A stretch of 47,661 nt of DNA, taken from NCBI GenBank assembly GCA_029861625.1, contig JAOTZB010000002.1, positions 1 through 47,661 on the forward strand, read 5' to 3'. The DNA comes from Acidimicrobiia bacterium. Lineage in GTDB: Bacteria > Actinomycetota > Acidimicrobiia > Acidimicrobiales > JAHEJN01. The first letter of the stretch is position 1; every line of letters starts with the position of its first letter. The position numbers and the translations under genes were made by a program. Of this stretch, positions 35,936 through 46,198 are shown piece by piece. A model generated the notes under the pieces. That model ran no database searches, was not told the origin of the DNA, and was given only the letters and a program-made list of their open reading frames with translations.

Positions 35936-36040
35936 GAGATCACGCCATCGCGGCCGGAGCGTCGGGAGACGAGATCACCCCATCGCGGCCGGAGCGTCGG
36001 GAGACGAGATCACCCCATCGCGGCCGAAACGTCGAGTACG
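35936..36040. repeat. 35-bp tandem repeat, three copies (two near-perfect and one diverged)
   Basis: Copy 35936-35970 and copy 35971-36005 differ at one base. Copy 36006-36040 is the diverged original, and it contains the last codons and the stop of the gene at 36010-36528. Confidence 0.85.
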
Positions 36041-36528
36041 ACCGGTGCGACCGGGCCGCTCGCACCGGTGTCCTCGGTCGCGCGAATGACAGCGATGACC
36101 GCGACCGTGAGCCCTGCGAGCAGTGCCACGAGGATGACGACGACGACGATCCAGGCCGCGGTCGCAGAGCTCGACGTCGCACCAGTACCGGCGGGACTCC
36201 TCGGGGCGGTCGAGCCCGATCCGGCAGGCGGTGTCATCCACCACTCGTCATCGGCGCGCCCCGGCAAGGACCCGACGGGATCCGACGACCGCGGCGCCGA
36301 CCTGGGCGGCACCGGCGGCACGGGAACAGCGCGCTCGGGCGGCACCGGCGGCACGGGCGGCACGGTCTGGCCGCGAACAGCACGCTCGGATCCAGGCTGC
36401 TCGGAGCCCCGTCCGGACCGGTCGGGAGCCACCGCCTCGGAAGCGACGTGATCGGGGTGGGACTCGGGGGGATACCACTTGCCGTTGTTGGCCTGCCACC
36501 ACCCGTCGTCCTGTGAGGTGTCACTCAT
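36010..36528 (-). CDS. Pro-rich single-pass membrane protein with an N-terminal W-rich GWWQA..GKWYPPE motif (DUF2510-like)
   Basis: From ATG 36528: MSDTSQDDGWWQANNGKWYPPE, then a VPPVPP repeat region, then the TM helix AAWIVVVVILVALLAGLTVAVIAVI. Confidence 0.55.
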   Translation of the reverse strand: MSDTSQDDGWWQANNGKWYPPESHPDHVASEAVAPDRSGRGSEQPGSERAVRGQTVPPVPPVPPERAVPVPPVPPRSAPRSSDPVGSLPGRADDEWWMTPPAGSGSTAPRSPAGTGATSSSATAAWIVVVVILVALLAGLTVAVIAVIRATEDTGASGPVAPVVLDVSAAMG

Positions 36529-36611
36529 CCGATGCCGCCGTCGTCGATCACACTGTCGCACCAGTATGGCGCAGCGCCGTAGGACGCCCGCAAGATGGGC
36601 GGTCGCCCCGC

Positions 36612-37046
36612 CTACGACTCGAGATGAGCCTTGAGGCGCCGGTAGTCGGCCCGCACGCTCCGACCGACCAGTAGCCGCATGATCGGATCGGCCAGCCGGT
36701 ACACGCCGCTCGAGTCGCCACGCACGATTGCCGACACCGTCGACCGACCAGCACTGCCGGCATCGACCGACCGGGTGATGTCGAGCGTCATCGGGCCCGC
36801 CGTCGACTCGATGCGGATGAGGCGACCCTCTTCGTACTCGGTCACCTCGAAGCTCGAGACGATCTCCTTGCCGAGGAACCGGGCGACCTGGTCGTAGGTC
36901 GACCCGAGTCGCAACGGCGGGTCACTGGTCCAGCGACACTCCTGCATGCCCTTCTGCCAGGTCGGGTTGTTCGCCATGTCGGCCAGGAAGGTGAACACCT
37001 CCCCGGCCGGGCGTTCGATCTCGACGTGGGCGCGGATCTCGATCAT
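36612..37046 (-). CDS. SRPBCC-superfamily (polyketide cyclase/dehydrase-like) protein
   Basis: MIEIRAHVEIERPAGEVFTFLADMANNPTWQKG is a typical SRPBCC N-terminus. ATG 37046. Confidence 0.75.
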   Translation of the reverse strand: MIEIRAHVEIERPAGEVFTFLADMANNPTWQKGMQECRWTSDPPLRLGSTYDQVARFLGKEIVSSFEVTEYEEGRLIRIESTAGPMTLDITRSVDAGSAGRSTVSAIVRGDSSGVYRLADPIMRLLVGRSVRADYRRLKAHLES

Positions 37047-37077
37047 CTCGGCTGCGTCATGCCAGGCCGTGCTGGTG

Positions 37078-37635
37078 TCATGCGCGCCGACCGAGGAAGG
37101 CCAACATCGTCGTGAGCGCATCGTCGGAACTGGGCTCGAGCACGTCGCCGAAGCCGCCTCGGCTGCGAATCTCGTCGGAGACGATCTGGCGGCTGCAGGC
37201 ATCGATGGTGGCGATGGCGGAGTCGGACAACCCGTGGTCCTGGCCGGTTGCCTCGGCGATGTCCCAACAGTGGGTCCCCACATCGAGAACCAGGATGCCG
37301 ATTGCCGCCGAGGCCGGCATCTCGAGGGGCTGGCTCACCATGCCGTCGAGCGCACCGTCCACCCGCCACGCCGCTGCGGTCGCCTCGGACGCAGCGGCAA
37401 ATGCAGCGGCCGGATCGTCGCCCAGGTGGTCGGCATCGGGGTCGCCCGACGCCTCCGATCGCGCCGCGATGGCGGCGAAGAACTTCGTGGTACCCGTCGT
37501 GTGGTTCACGAGCTGACGCACGTCCCACTCGGAGCAGGGGGTCTGATCGTGCCACTGGCCGTCGGCCACACCGGCGACGAGTCGGTTTGCATTGGCGAAG
37601 ATCTCATCGACGGTGTCGAGTATCTCTGCGGACAT
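37078..37635 (-). CDS. TIGR03086-like / mycothiol maleylpyruvate isomerase N-terminal-domain (DinB-fold) protein
   Basis: The GQWHDQTPCSEWDVRQLVNHTTG motif and the C-terminal ..LAFLGR ending are typical of this family. Confidence 0.7.
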   Translation of the reverse strand: MSAEILDTVDEIFANANRLVAGVADGQWHDQTPCSEWDVRQLVNHTTGTTKFFAAIAARSEASGDPDADHLGDDPAAAFAAASEATAAAWRVDGALDGMVSQPLEMPASAAIGILVLDVGTHCWDIAEATGQDHGLSDSAIATIDACSRQIVSDEIRSRGGFGDVLEPSSDDALTTMLAFLGRRA

Positions 37636-37695
37636 CTGGGCTCCTCTGTTCTCGTCGGCCCGATCCTGCCGGGCCGCTCTTGAAGGGTGTGATTC

Positions 37696-37743
37696 GGTAA
37701 GGTCGAGCTTACGTTAGCAAAGGCTTACCAATCTCGCTACACT
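37696..37743 (+). promoter_or_regulatory. candidate arsR promoter with an overlapping operator
   Basis: This is the only clearly AT-richer intergenic stretch in the window. TTAGCA (37714-19), 18 nt, TACACT (37738-43), then 7 nt to ATG 37751, which looks leaderless. The half-site GGTAAG (37696-701) is complementary to CTTAC (37708-12) and CTTACC (37724-29). Confidence 0.4.
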
Positions 37744-37750
37744 GCTGTCC

Positions 37751-38110
37751 ATGGACGCAGCAGCCCGAGCACTGGCCGAACCGACCAGACGCGAGATCTT
37801 GCGCCTCGTGCGCGACGACGAACGTACCGTGGGCGACATCGCCGACAACTTCCCCGTCAGCCGCCCTGCCATCTCGCAGCACCTGCGAGTCCTCGAGGAG
37901 GCCGAGCTCGTGACCGTCCGTTCCGAAGGTACCCGCCGCTACTACCGGGCCCGGCCCGAAGGTCTGACCGGACTCCGTGACTGGCTCGACGGGTTCTGGG
38001 CGCTCGGTCTCGACCGGTTGAGGCTCGAAGTGGAACGCGAGCAGTGGCAACAGCGCAAGGAGCGGTCCGCAAGCCGCAGGGCCCATCGACAAGAGGAGAG
38101 TCATGAGTGA
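37751..38110 (+). CDS. ArsR/SmtB-family transcriptional regulator
   Basis: A winged helix-turn-helix region: LAEPTRREILRLV...TVGDIADNFPVSRPAISQHLRVLEEAELV. Confidence 0.85.
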   Translation: MDAAARALAEPTRREILRLVRDDERTVGDIADNFPVSRPAISQHLRVLEEAELVTVRSEGTRRYYRARPEGLTGLRDWLDGFWALGLDRLRLEVEREQWQQRKERSASRRAHRQEESHE

Positions 38111-38561
38111 CCAGCAGGCAACCATCGGCCGCGACGTCGAGCTCGAGATCAGCATCGCCGCGCCACCGGAGGCCGTCTTCGAGTTCCTCGTCGACCCCGA
38201 CAAGATGACCCGGTGGATGGGGACCTCGGCCCGGCTCGACCCCCGAACCGACGGCGAGTTCTGGGTGAAGCTCGGCGACGATGCGACCGCCGCCGGCCGC
38301 TATCTCGAGGTCGATCCACCGAATCGCGTCGTCCTCAGCTGGGGGTGGGAAGGATCCGAGCAGGTCCCGCCCGGATCGACGAATGTCGTCATCGAGCTCG
38401 CCGCGAGAGACGGTGGGACGACGGTACGGCTCGTTCACTCGGGCCTCCCGCCGGTCGAGGACGACAAGCACCTCGAAGGCTGGACCTACTTCCTCGATCG
38501 GCTCGGCATCGCCGGCGCCGGTGGCGACCCTGACGCCGAGACACCAACGGAGGAGTCATGA
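38103..38561 (+). CDS. SRPBCC/AHSA1-like (activator of Hsp90 ATPase homolog 1-like) protein
   Basis: ISIAAPPEAVFEFLVDPDKMTRWMG....VVLSWGWE fits this family. The gene overlaps arsR by 8 nt. Confidence 0.8.
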   Translation: MSDQQATIGRDVELEISIAAPPEAVFEFLVDPDKMTRWMGTSARLDPRTDGEFWVKLGDDATAAGRYLEVDPPNRVVLSWGWEGSEQVPPGSTNVVIELAARDGGTTVRLVHSGLPPVEDDKHLEGWTYFLDRLGIAGAGGDPDAETPTEES

Positions 38562-39166
38562 CCGATTATGCGACGAGTCGCGAGGAGCTCCGAGCGGCCG
38601 AGCTCGAGCTCATGCTGCAACGCGAACGGGTGGCCGAGATGCGACGAGCGCTGCCTCCCGGCCCAGCTGTGGAGGACTATGTGTTCGACGCCGGTGACGG
38701 TGCCACGGTGCGCCTCTCCGAGCTGTTCACCGCACCCGACCGGCCGCTGATCCTCTACCACTTCATGCTCGGCAAGAAGCAGACCGACGCGTGCCCGATG
38801 TGTTCGATGTGGACCGACGGCTGGGACGCGATCGCGCACCACCTGGCCGAGAACGTCGACTTCGCCCTCGTCTCGGCCGGTCCGGTCGAGGACTTCAGGG
38901 CGCTTGCCGCCGAGCGGGGCTGGACACATCTCCGGCTGTTCGGTGCTGCCGACAACACGTTCAAGATCGACATCGGGGGTGAGGACGACGAGGGGAACCA
39001 ATGGCCGTTCCTCAGCGTGTACTCGCTCGTCGATGGTGTCCCGCATCTGACCTACTCGGGTGGCGCCCACATCAGCGGCGACCATTGGCGCGGGGTCGAT
39101 CTGTTGTCTCCCGTCTGGCACTTCCTCGACCTCACCCCCCAGGGTCGAGGCAACTGGATGCCCTGA
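38558..39166 (+). CDS. DUF899-family thioredoxin-like protein
   Basis: The overall pattern is LRAAELELMLQRERVAEMRRALP...LILYHFMLG......CPMCSMWTDG...HL. GGAGGAG Shine-Dalgarno is present and the ATG overlaps the upstream stop (ATGA). Confidence 0.8.
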   Translation: MTDYATSREELRAAELELMLQRERVAEMRRALPPGPAVEDYVFDAGDGATVRLSELFTAPDRPLILYHFMLGKKQTDACPMCSMWTDGWDAIAHHLAENVDFALVSAGPVEDFRALAAERGWTHLRLFGAADNTFKIDIGGEDDEGNQWPFLSVYSLVDGVPHLTYSGGAHISGDHWRGVDLLSPVWHFLDLTPQGRGNWMP

Positions 39167-39215
39167 CGCACCCCCCAAAACCCCCCGAACTGGCCGCAGA
39201 ACGTCACCCCCACCG

Positions 39216-40427
39216 TCACAAGACGCGACCAGAACGCGAGGGTGTCGACACCACGATCGGGTCGGGGTCGATGATCACGCAGCGGGTGCCCGAGTAGATC
39301 GTCGGCATGCACCGGTTGCAGTGGATGCAGAGGCCCTCGTCCTGGTCGCCGGCCTGCAGCTTGTGGACGAGGTCGGGTTCGCGGAGCAGCGCCCGCGCCA
39401 TGGCAACGAAGGCGAAGCCGTCGCGCATCGCCTGGTCGATCGTGTCGCGCCGGTTGATTCCCCCCAACAGGATCAGCGGTATGTCGACCGCCGCCATGAC
39501 CTCGAGTGCCATGGGTCGGAAGAACGCCTCCTCGAACGGGTACTCGGGCATGAGCTTCTCGCCACCGAGCTTGAAGCCGAGTCGGGCCCAGGCCGGCAGC
39601 GTGGCCGCGAACTCGTCGCGAGGGGCGTCGCCGCGGAAGAGATACATCGGGTTCCCGAACGAACTGCCACCCGTGAGAGCCAGCGCGTCGACGACTCCAT
39701 CGGCCTCGAGCATCTGCGCAACTTCGATGCTCTCATCGAGCTTCAGGCCACCGGGCAGACCATCGTCCATGTTGAGCTTCACCGTGACCGCGACGTCGGC
39801 GCCGGCGCCGGCGCGAACCGCCCGCACGACCTGGCGGGGAAAGCGAGCGCGGCTCTCGATGCTGCCTCCCCAACCGTCGGTTCGTTTGTTCAGCCGACGA
39901 CTCAAGAACGCGCTCAGCAGGTAGTTGTGGCCGAGGTGGACCTCGATGGCATCGAAACCCGACTTCGCGATCATCGCAGCGCCTCGCTCGTAGGCGCGGG
40001 TGACCCTCGTGAGGTCCGTCGTCGTCGCGGCACGGATCATGCGCAGCGCGAGCGGGTTGAACTGCTTGCTCGGAGCGATGCTCGGCGAGCCGTTCGACCG
40101 AGAGTTCGCAACCGGGCCGGCGTGGCCGATCTGAGCCGACGCGGCGGCACCGTGATCGTGTATCGCGTCGGCAAGCCGGGTCAGTCCGGGCACCGCCTCG
40201 TCGCGCAGCCAGATGCATTCCGCGTGGGTGCGGCCCTCGGCCGACACGGCCAGGTACGCGACCGTGCTGAGGCCGACACCCCCCTCGACGACCCGTCTGT
40301 GGTAGTCGATCAACTCGTCGGTGACGAGCCCATCGGGAACCACTCCCTCGAACGTTGCTGCCTTGATGATGCGATTGCGCAGCGTGATCGGGCCGAGCTC
40401 GGCGGGCGCGAACGGGTCGGGTGTCAT
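39216..40427 (-). CDS. NADH:flavin oxidoreductase (Old Yellow Enzyme family)
   Basis: LRNRIIKAATFEG...AAASAQIGHAGP...FDAIEVHLGHNYLLSAFLS fits the OYE TIM-barrel pattern. Confidence 0.85.
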   Translation of the reverse strand: MTPDPFAPAELGPITLRNRIIKAATFEGVVPDGLVTDELIDYHRRVVEGGVGLSTVAYLAVSAEGRTHAECIWLRDEAVPGLTRLADAIHDHGAAASAQIGHAGPVANSRSNGSPSIAPSKQFNPLALRMIRAATTTDLTRVTRAYERGAAMIAKSGFDAIEVHLGHNYLLSAFLSRRLNKRTDGWGGSIESRARFPRQVVRAVRAGAGADVAVTVKLNMDDGLPGGLKLDESIEVAQMLEADGVVDALALTGGSSFGNPMYLFRGDAPRDEFAATLPAWARLGFKLGGEKLMPEYPFEEAFFRPMALEVMAAVDIPLILLGGINRRDTIDQAMRDGFAFVAMARALLREPDLVHKLQAGDQDEGLCIHCNRCMPTIYSGTRCVIIDPDPIVVSTPSRSGRVL

Positions 40428-40547
40428 CGCCGACGATGATCGCGCCGCCGTGACCTCGGGGCCAGGCAGGAATCCGATCAGCGGCTCGACGTATCTGGGA
40501 GCGGGCGCGACGATCTGTAGTCAGAGCCGCTCCCAGGGAGGGCTGCG

Positions 40548-42641
40548 ATGACCGAGTCACCAATCGAGGTTCCCCTGCCGGAGGCTGCCAAGTCTGCCCC
40601 GCCGGAGCAGATGACGAGATCTGCATCCTCCAAGGAGGCGTTCGAGCGTTTCGAACGAGAGCACGAGTCTGCCGACGACACCCGCGGGACCGCCGCGACC
40701 GAGTCGATGGGCGAGCCCAGCCTCAGGCTGCTGGCCGACCGGCCGATCGGCCACCCCGATGACGATCTCCTCGGTTATCAGCCGATCGCGGAAGCACTCG
40801 CCGCGATCGTGCTCGACCCCGACACCGACACGCCGCTGACCATGTCGATCAGCGCGCCCTGGGGCGCGGGCAAGACGTCGCTCGCACGGCTGCTCGAGCA
40901 CGAGCTGCGCGAACGCTCGGGTCGGACCGACTCGCCAGTGCCGGTCTGCATCTGGTTCAACGCGTGGACCAACGACTCCGCCGACGACCTCGGCTCTGCG
41001 TTCGCGAGCTCGACCGCGCGCCAGCTCGGCCCGCATCGCAGCGTGTTCGCTCGCCTCACCAACCCGATCCCGATCCGGATGCTCAGCGGGAAGCAGCGGT
41101 TCCTTCGGCGCATGCTGGCGCTCGCAGGCCTGGCCGCAACCGCGGTCGGGCTCATCGCGGTGCTCTGGTGGCTGGGTGTGCTCGACAGCGTGCCGGGCGA
41201 CGAGATCGGCCCGATCGGTGCGATTCCCGGCATTCCGGTGGCGATCGGCGCATTCCTGTGGGTCTGGGGTCAGGTCAGCACCCTCACCAAGACCCTGGCC
41301 AGCTACGCCCGCGACCCGTCCGACGATGCCGGTCGCGGCGCGGTGACCGCAGTTCGAGACGAGATAGGCCGACTCGTTCATCAGGTCACCCGCCATGGGC
41401 GCCGGGGTCAGCGGATCGTCATCTTCGTCGACGACCTCGACCGCGTCTCGCCGCCACGACCACTCGACGTCTGCGAGGTGGCAGCGCAGCTTCTCGATCA
41501 CCCCGGCGTCATCACCGTGTTCGTGGCCGACCTCGCCGCAGTCGAGGCTGCGGTCGAGGCCAAGTACGGCGCGACCGTCGACGACTACGCGCCCCACGAC
41601 GGTCGCGGCGGCGGTCGATTCGGCGCGGTCTTCATGCAGAAGCTCGTCCAGTTCCCCGTGACCCTCCCGCCACCGCCACCCGAGCTCATTCGAACAGTCG
41701 CAGTGAGCTATGCCGACCAGGCCCGGCGCGCCGAAGCCCAGAACGGCAGTCACCGCAAGCCGTTCGCACGGCTCGGCCGATGGCTCCGTCGTGGCCTGCA
41801 ACGCGTCTCCGACAGCAGCGACACGATGACGTTCGCACTCTTCACGCTCGCCTTCTTCCTCATCCTGGCGTCGGCCACGTTCCGGAGCTTCGACTACGCG
41901 CTCAGCGGCACGAGCTGGCGCTGGGCGTGGTGGCTCGCCACCGGCGGGCTGATCCTGTTCTGGGGTCTCCTGGTGATCGGGATCGTCGCCCGCCGTCGGG
42001 ACAACATCCGCCAGCAGACCGTCCAGCACAAGGCCCTGCAGATCGCCTACCGCGAGATCGGCCCGCTCGTGGCCGCCGGGCGCGATCCCATGCGATTCAC
42101 CGATCGGGTGGAGCGGACCATCCTCGACGAGCTCGGCTACGAGCAGATCAGCACCGACGAGCGCGGCGTCATACGTCGGGCGATCGCCGATGTCGCCGCC
42201 GAGCTGGTGGCCGTCGACTCGCCGGCTCGCCGTGAGGCCGAGGCGGTCGTGACCGGCCACATCACGCCGCTCCCCCGAAGCGCCAAACGCCTCGTCAACC
42301 GGCTCCGCTTCCTCCTCCATGTCGCGCAGCGCAACGGACTCCTCGAGGCGGGCGAGGTCTCCCCCTCCGACATCGGCAAGTGGGCGGTGCTCAACGATCG
42401 CTGGCCGGCCCTGGCCTGGGCGATCAGCCTCGAGCCGTCACGACTGGGTGAGCTCGAGTCCCTCGCCTCCGTCGACGACGACAGCTTCGGCCAGACCATC
42501 GCGTCGCTGGTCACCCGCATCGACTCGACGTCGGCGGCGCTCCGCGAGTTCTTCGTGGTCGAACCACAGCTCGGAGCCGTCGCCGAGCATCTGGTTCGGC
42601 TGCGGCCACCCGGCAAGGAGAAGGCGCCGGCGGTGGCCTGA
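40548..42641 (+). CDS. KAP-family P-loop NTPase with transmembrane insertions
   Basis: GGGAGGG Shine-Dalgarno precedes the ATG. DLLGYQPIAEALA is followed by Walker A SAPWGAGKTS (aa 102-111). Two hydrophobic helices (about aa 187-212 and 222-242) lie between Walker A and Walker B IVIFVDDLDR (aa 290-299). Two more helices lie at about aa 428-482. Confidence 0.8.
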   Translation: MTESPIEVPLPEAAKSAPPEQMTRSASSKEAFERFEREHESADDTRGTAATESMGEPSLRLLADRPIGHPDDDLLGYQPIAEALAAIVLDPDTDTPLTMSISAPWGAGKTSLARLLEHELRERSGRTDSPVPVCIWFNAWTNDSADDLGSAFASSTARQLGPHRSVFARLTNPIPIRMLSGKQRFLRRMLALAGLAATAVGLIAVLWWLGVLDSVPGDEIGPIGAIPGIPVAIGAFLWVWGQVSTLTKTLASYARDPSDDAGRGAVTAVRDEIGRLVHQVTRHGRRGQRIVIFVDDLDRVSPPRPLDVCEVAAQLLDHPGVITVFVADLAAVEAAVEAKYGATVDDYAPHDGRGGGRFGAVFMQKLVQFPVTLPPPPPELIRTVAVSYADQARRAEAQNGSHRKPFARLGRWLRRGLQRVSDSSDTMTFALFTLAFFLILASATFRSFDYALSGTSWRWAWWLATGGLILFWGLLVIGIVARRRDNIRQQTVQHKALQIAYREIGPLVAAGRDPMRFTDRVERTILDELGYEQISTDERGVIRRAIADVAAELVAVDSPARREAEAVVTGHITPLPRSAKRLVNRLRFLLHVAQRNGLLEAGEVSPSDIGKWAVLNDRWPALAWAISLEPSRLGELESLASVDDDSFGQTIASLVTRIDSTSAALREFFVVEPQLGAVAEHLVRLRPPGKEKAPAVA

Positions 42642-42642
42642 G

Positions 42643-44257
<1,615 letters not shown>

Positions 44258-44258
<1 letters not shown>

Positions 44259-45997
44259 CAGGCGCGCTCCTCGGCCTGGGACGGATGGACCATCAGATCG
44301 CTGTTGGTCGCACCGGACGGCACCATCGGGAAGACCTTCTCGGTCGCATCGGTGCGGAAGTCGATGACGACCGGCCGGTCGTCGATCTCGTTCGCCCTCT
44401 GGATCGCCGGCTCGACCTCGTCGGGGTCGTCGACCCGGATGCCGACACACCCCATCGCCTCGGCCCAGCCCTTGTAGTCGGGCAGGTTCTTGGAGAGGTG
44501 CACCTCGCTGTAGCGCTCCTCGTAGAACATCTCCTGCCACTGGCGGACCATGCCGAGATACGAGTTGTTCAAGATGGCGACCTTCACCGGGATCTTCTCG
44601 ACCGAGGCCGTAACCAGCTCCTGAGCGGTCATCTGGAAGCAGCCGTCGCCGTCGATCGACCACACGGTGCGATCGGGCTTGCCCACCTTGGCGCCGATCG
44701 CAGCCGGCACCGAGAAGCCCATGGTTCCGAGCCCACCGGAGTTGATCCACGTGTAGGGGTGATTGAACTTCCAGAACTGACTGGCCCACATCTGGTGCTG
44801 ACCGACCCCGGAGCAGACGATGGTGTCGTCGGGGCTGTGATCGCGGATCGTCTCGAGCACATGTTGGGGCTTGAGCGGATCGCCCGGTCGGTGGTCGTCG
44901 TAGGTCAGCGGGTAGCGCTCGAGCCATCCCGACACCGTCGACTTCCAGCCCTTGCGATCGGCCTGGGCATCGGGTGCGCCGGCGAGCTTCAACGACTCTA
45001 TGATCGCCTCGATGGCCAGGCGGGCGTCGCCCTGGATGGCAACGTCGGCCGTTCTGACCTTGTTGAGCTCGGCGGCGTCGATGTCGACGTGGATGACCTT
45101 GGCCTCCGGCGCGAAGCCGTCGAGCCTGCCCGTGACACGATCGTCGAATCGGGCGCCGAGCGCGATCAACAGATCGGACTCCTGCATGGCGGTGACCGCC
45201 GTATAGGTGCCGTGCATGCCCGGCATGCCGAGCGCCAGAGGATGGTCGTCGGGGAACCCGCCACGGCACATGAGCGTCGTGACGACGTGGATGTCGGTCA
45301 GCTCCGCGAGCGCCCGCAATGCATCGGCCGCTCTGGCCTTCAAGATGCCGCCACCGGCATAGATCACGGGGCGTTCCGAGGCGAGGATCAGCTCGGCCGC
45401 TCGGCCGACGAGCTCGGGATCCGGGTCGGGGTGCAGGCGATAGCCGGGCAGATCGTGACCCGTCGGTTCGTACCACTCCAGCGCCGAGTTCGGATTGTTC
45501 GGATCGACGATGTCCTTGGGGATGTCGACGAGCACCGGCCCGGGCCGGCCGGTCGTCGCGATGTGGAACGCATCGTGGATCACCTGGGGTATGTCGGAAG
45601 CCTTCGTGACCAAGAAGTTGTGTTTCGTGACGGCCATCGTGATGCCGGTGGTGTCGCACTCCTGGAATGCATCGGTGCCGATGGCCGCATAGGGAACCTG
45701 GCCCGTGATCGCGACCATGGGGATCGAGTCCATGTAGGCATCACACAGCGGCGTGACGATGTTGGTCGCCGCCGGGCCACTGGTGACCATGCAGACCCCG
45801 GGTCGACCCGTGGCATGGGCGTACCCCTCCGCCATGTGGCCGGCGCCTTGTTCGTGCCGGACCAGGATGTGGCGGATCGACGAGTTGAGCAGAGGGTCGT
45901 ACACCGGCAGGATGGCCCCACCGGGAAGACCGAACATGACCTCGACACCCTCCATCTCGAGGGCGCGCATCAGGGCTTCACCACCGTTGGTAGTCAT
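44258..45997 (-). CDS. ilvB: acetolactate synthase large subunit
   Basis: GGEALMRALEMEGVEVMFGLPGGAILPVYD and the TPP motif GLGTMGFSVPAAIGAK...IDGDGCFQM are present. ATG 45997. Confidence 0.9.
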
Positions 45998-46052
45998 GTC
46001 GGATTGGGGTGCATTGGGCTCACCTTGGTCGCAGGGCGTGGTCGGAACGGCT

Positions 46053-46149
46053 CGAAAACTGAAGCGACCTCCCGATTCGGGAGGTCGGCGCACACGCGGG
46101 AAACGGGCGTGCGCTACGTGATCACTACGAGGCGGATCGGGGTCGTCAC
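46053..46149 (-). promoter_or_regulatory. ilvB leader-peptide attenuator (candidate)
   Basis: On the minus strand: GTG ACG ACC CCG ATC CGC CTC GTA GTG ATC ACG TAG, giving (M)TTPIRLVVIT. An imperfect hairpin follows at 46088-46114. Then a perfect 10-bp hairpin CGACCTCCCG-aat-CGGGAGGTCG (46065-46087) is followed by CTTCAGTTTTCG, about 55 nt upstream of the ilvB ATG. Confidence 0.5.
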
Positions 46150-46198
46150 GGCGACAAGTATGCCCTCACCGTGCTCGACCGGGCAACATCGAGGGGGA

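Noticed and set aside
35936-36040. Repeats considered as a possible CRISPR array
   Set aside because: The units are directly contiguous with no spacers, there are only three copies, one copy is part of a CDS, and no cas genes are present.
39167-39215. C-tract-rich spacer CACCCCCCAAAACCCCCCGAAC between convergent genes
   Set aside because: It is unusual-looking, but no complementary G-tract is present to form a hairpin and it does not recur elsewhere in the window.
40557-42320. 587-aa ORF on the minus strand
   Set aside because: It is antisense to the KAP NTPase, whose Walker motifs and Shine-Dalgarno identify the plus strand as coding.
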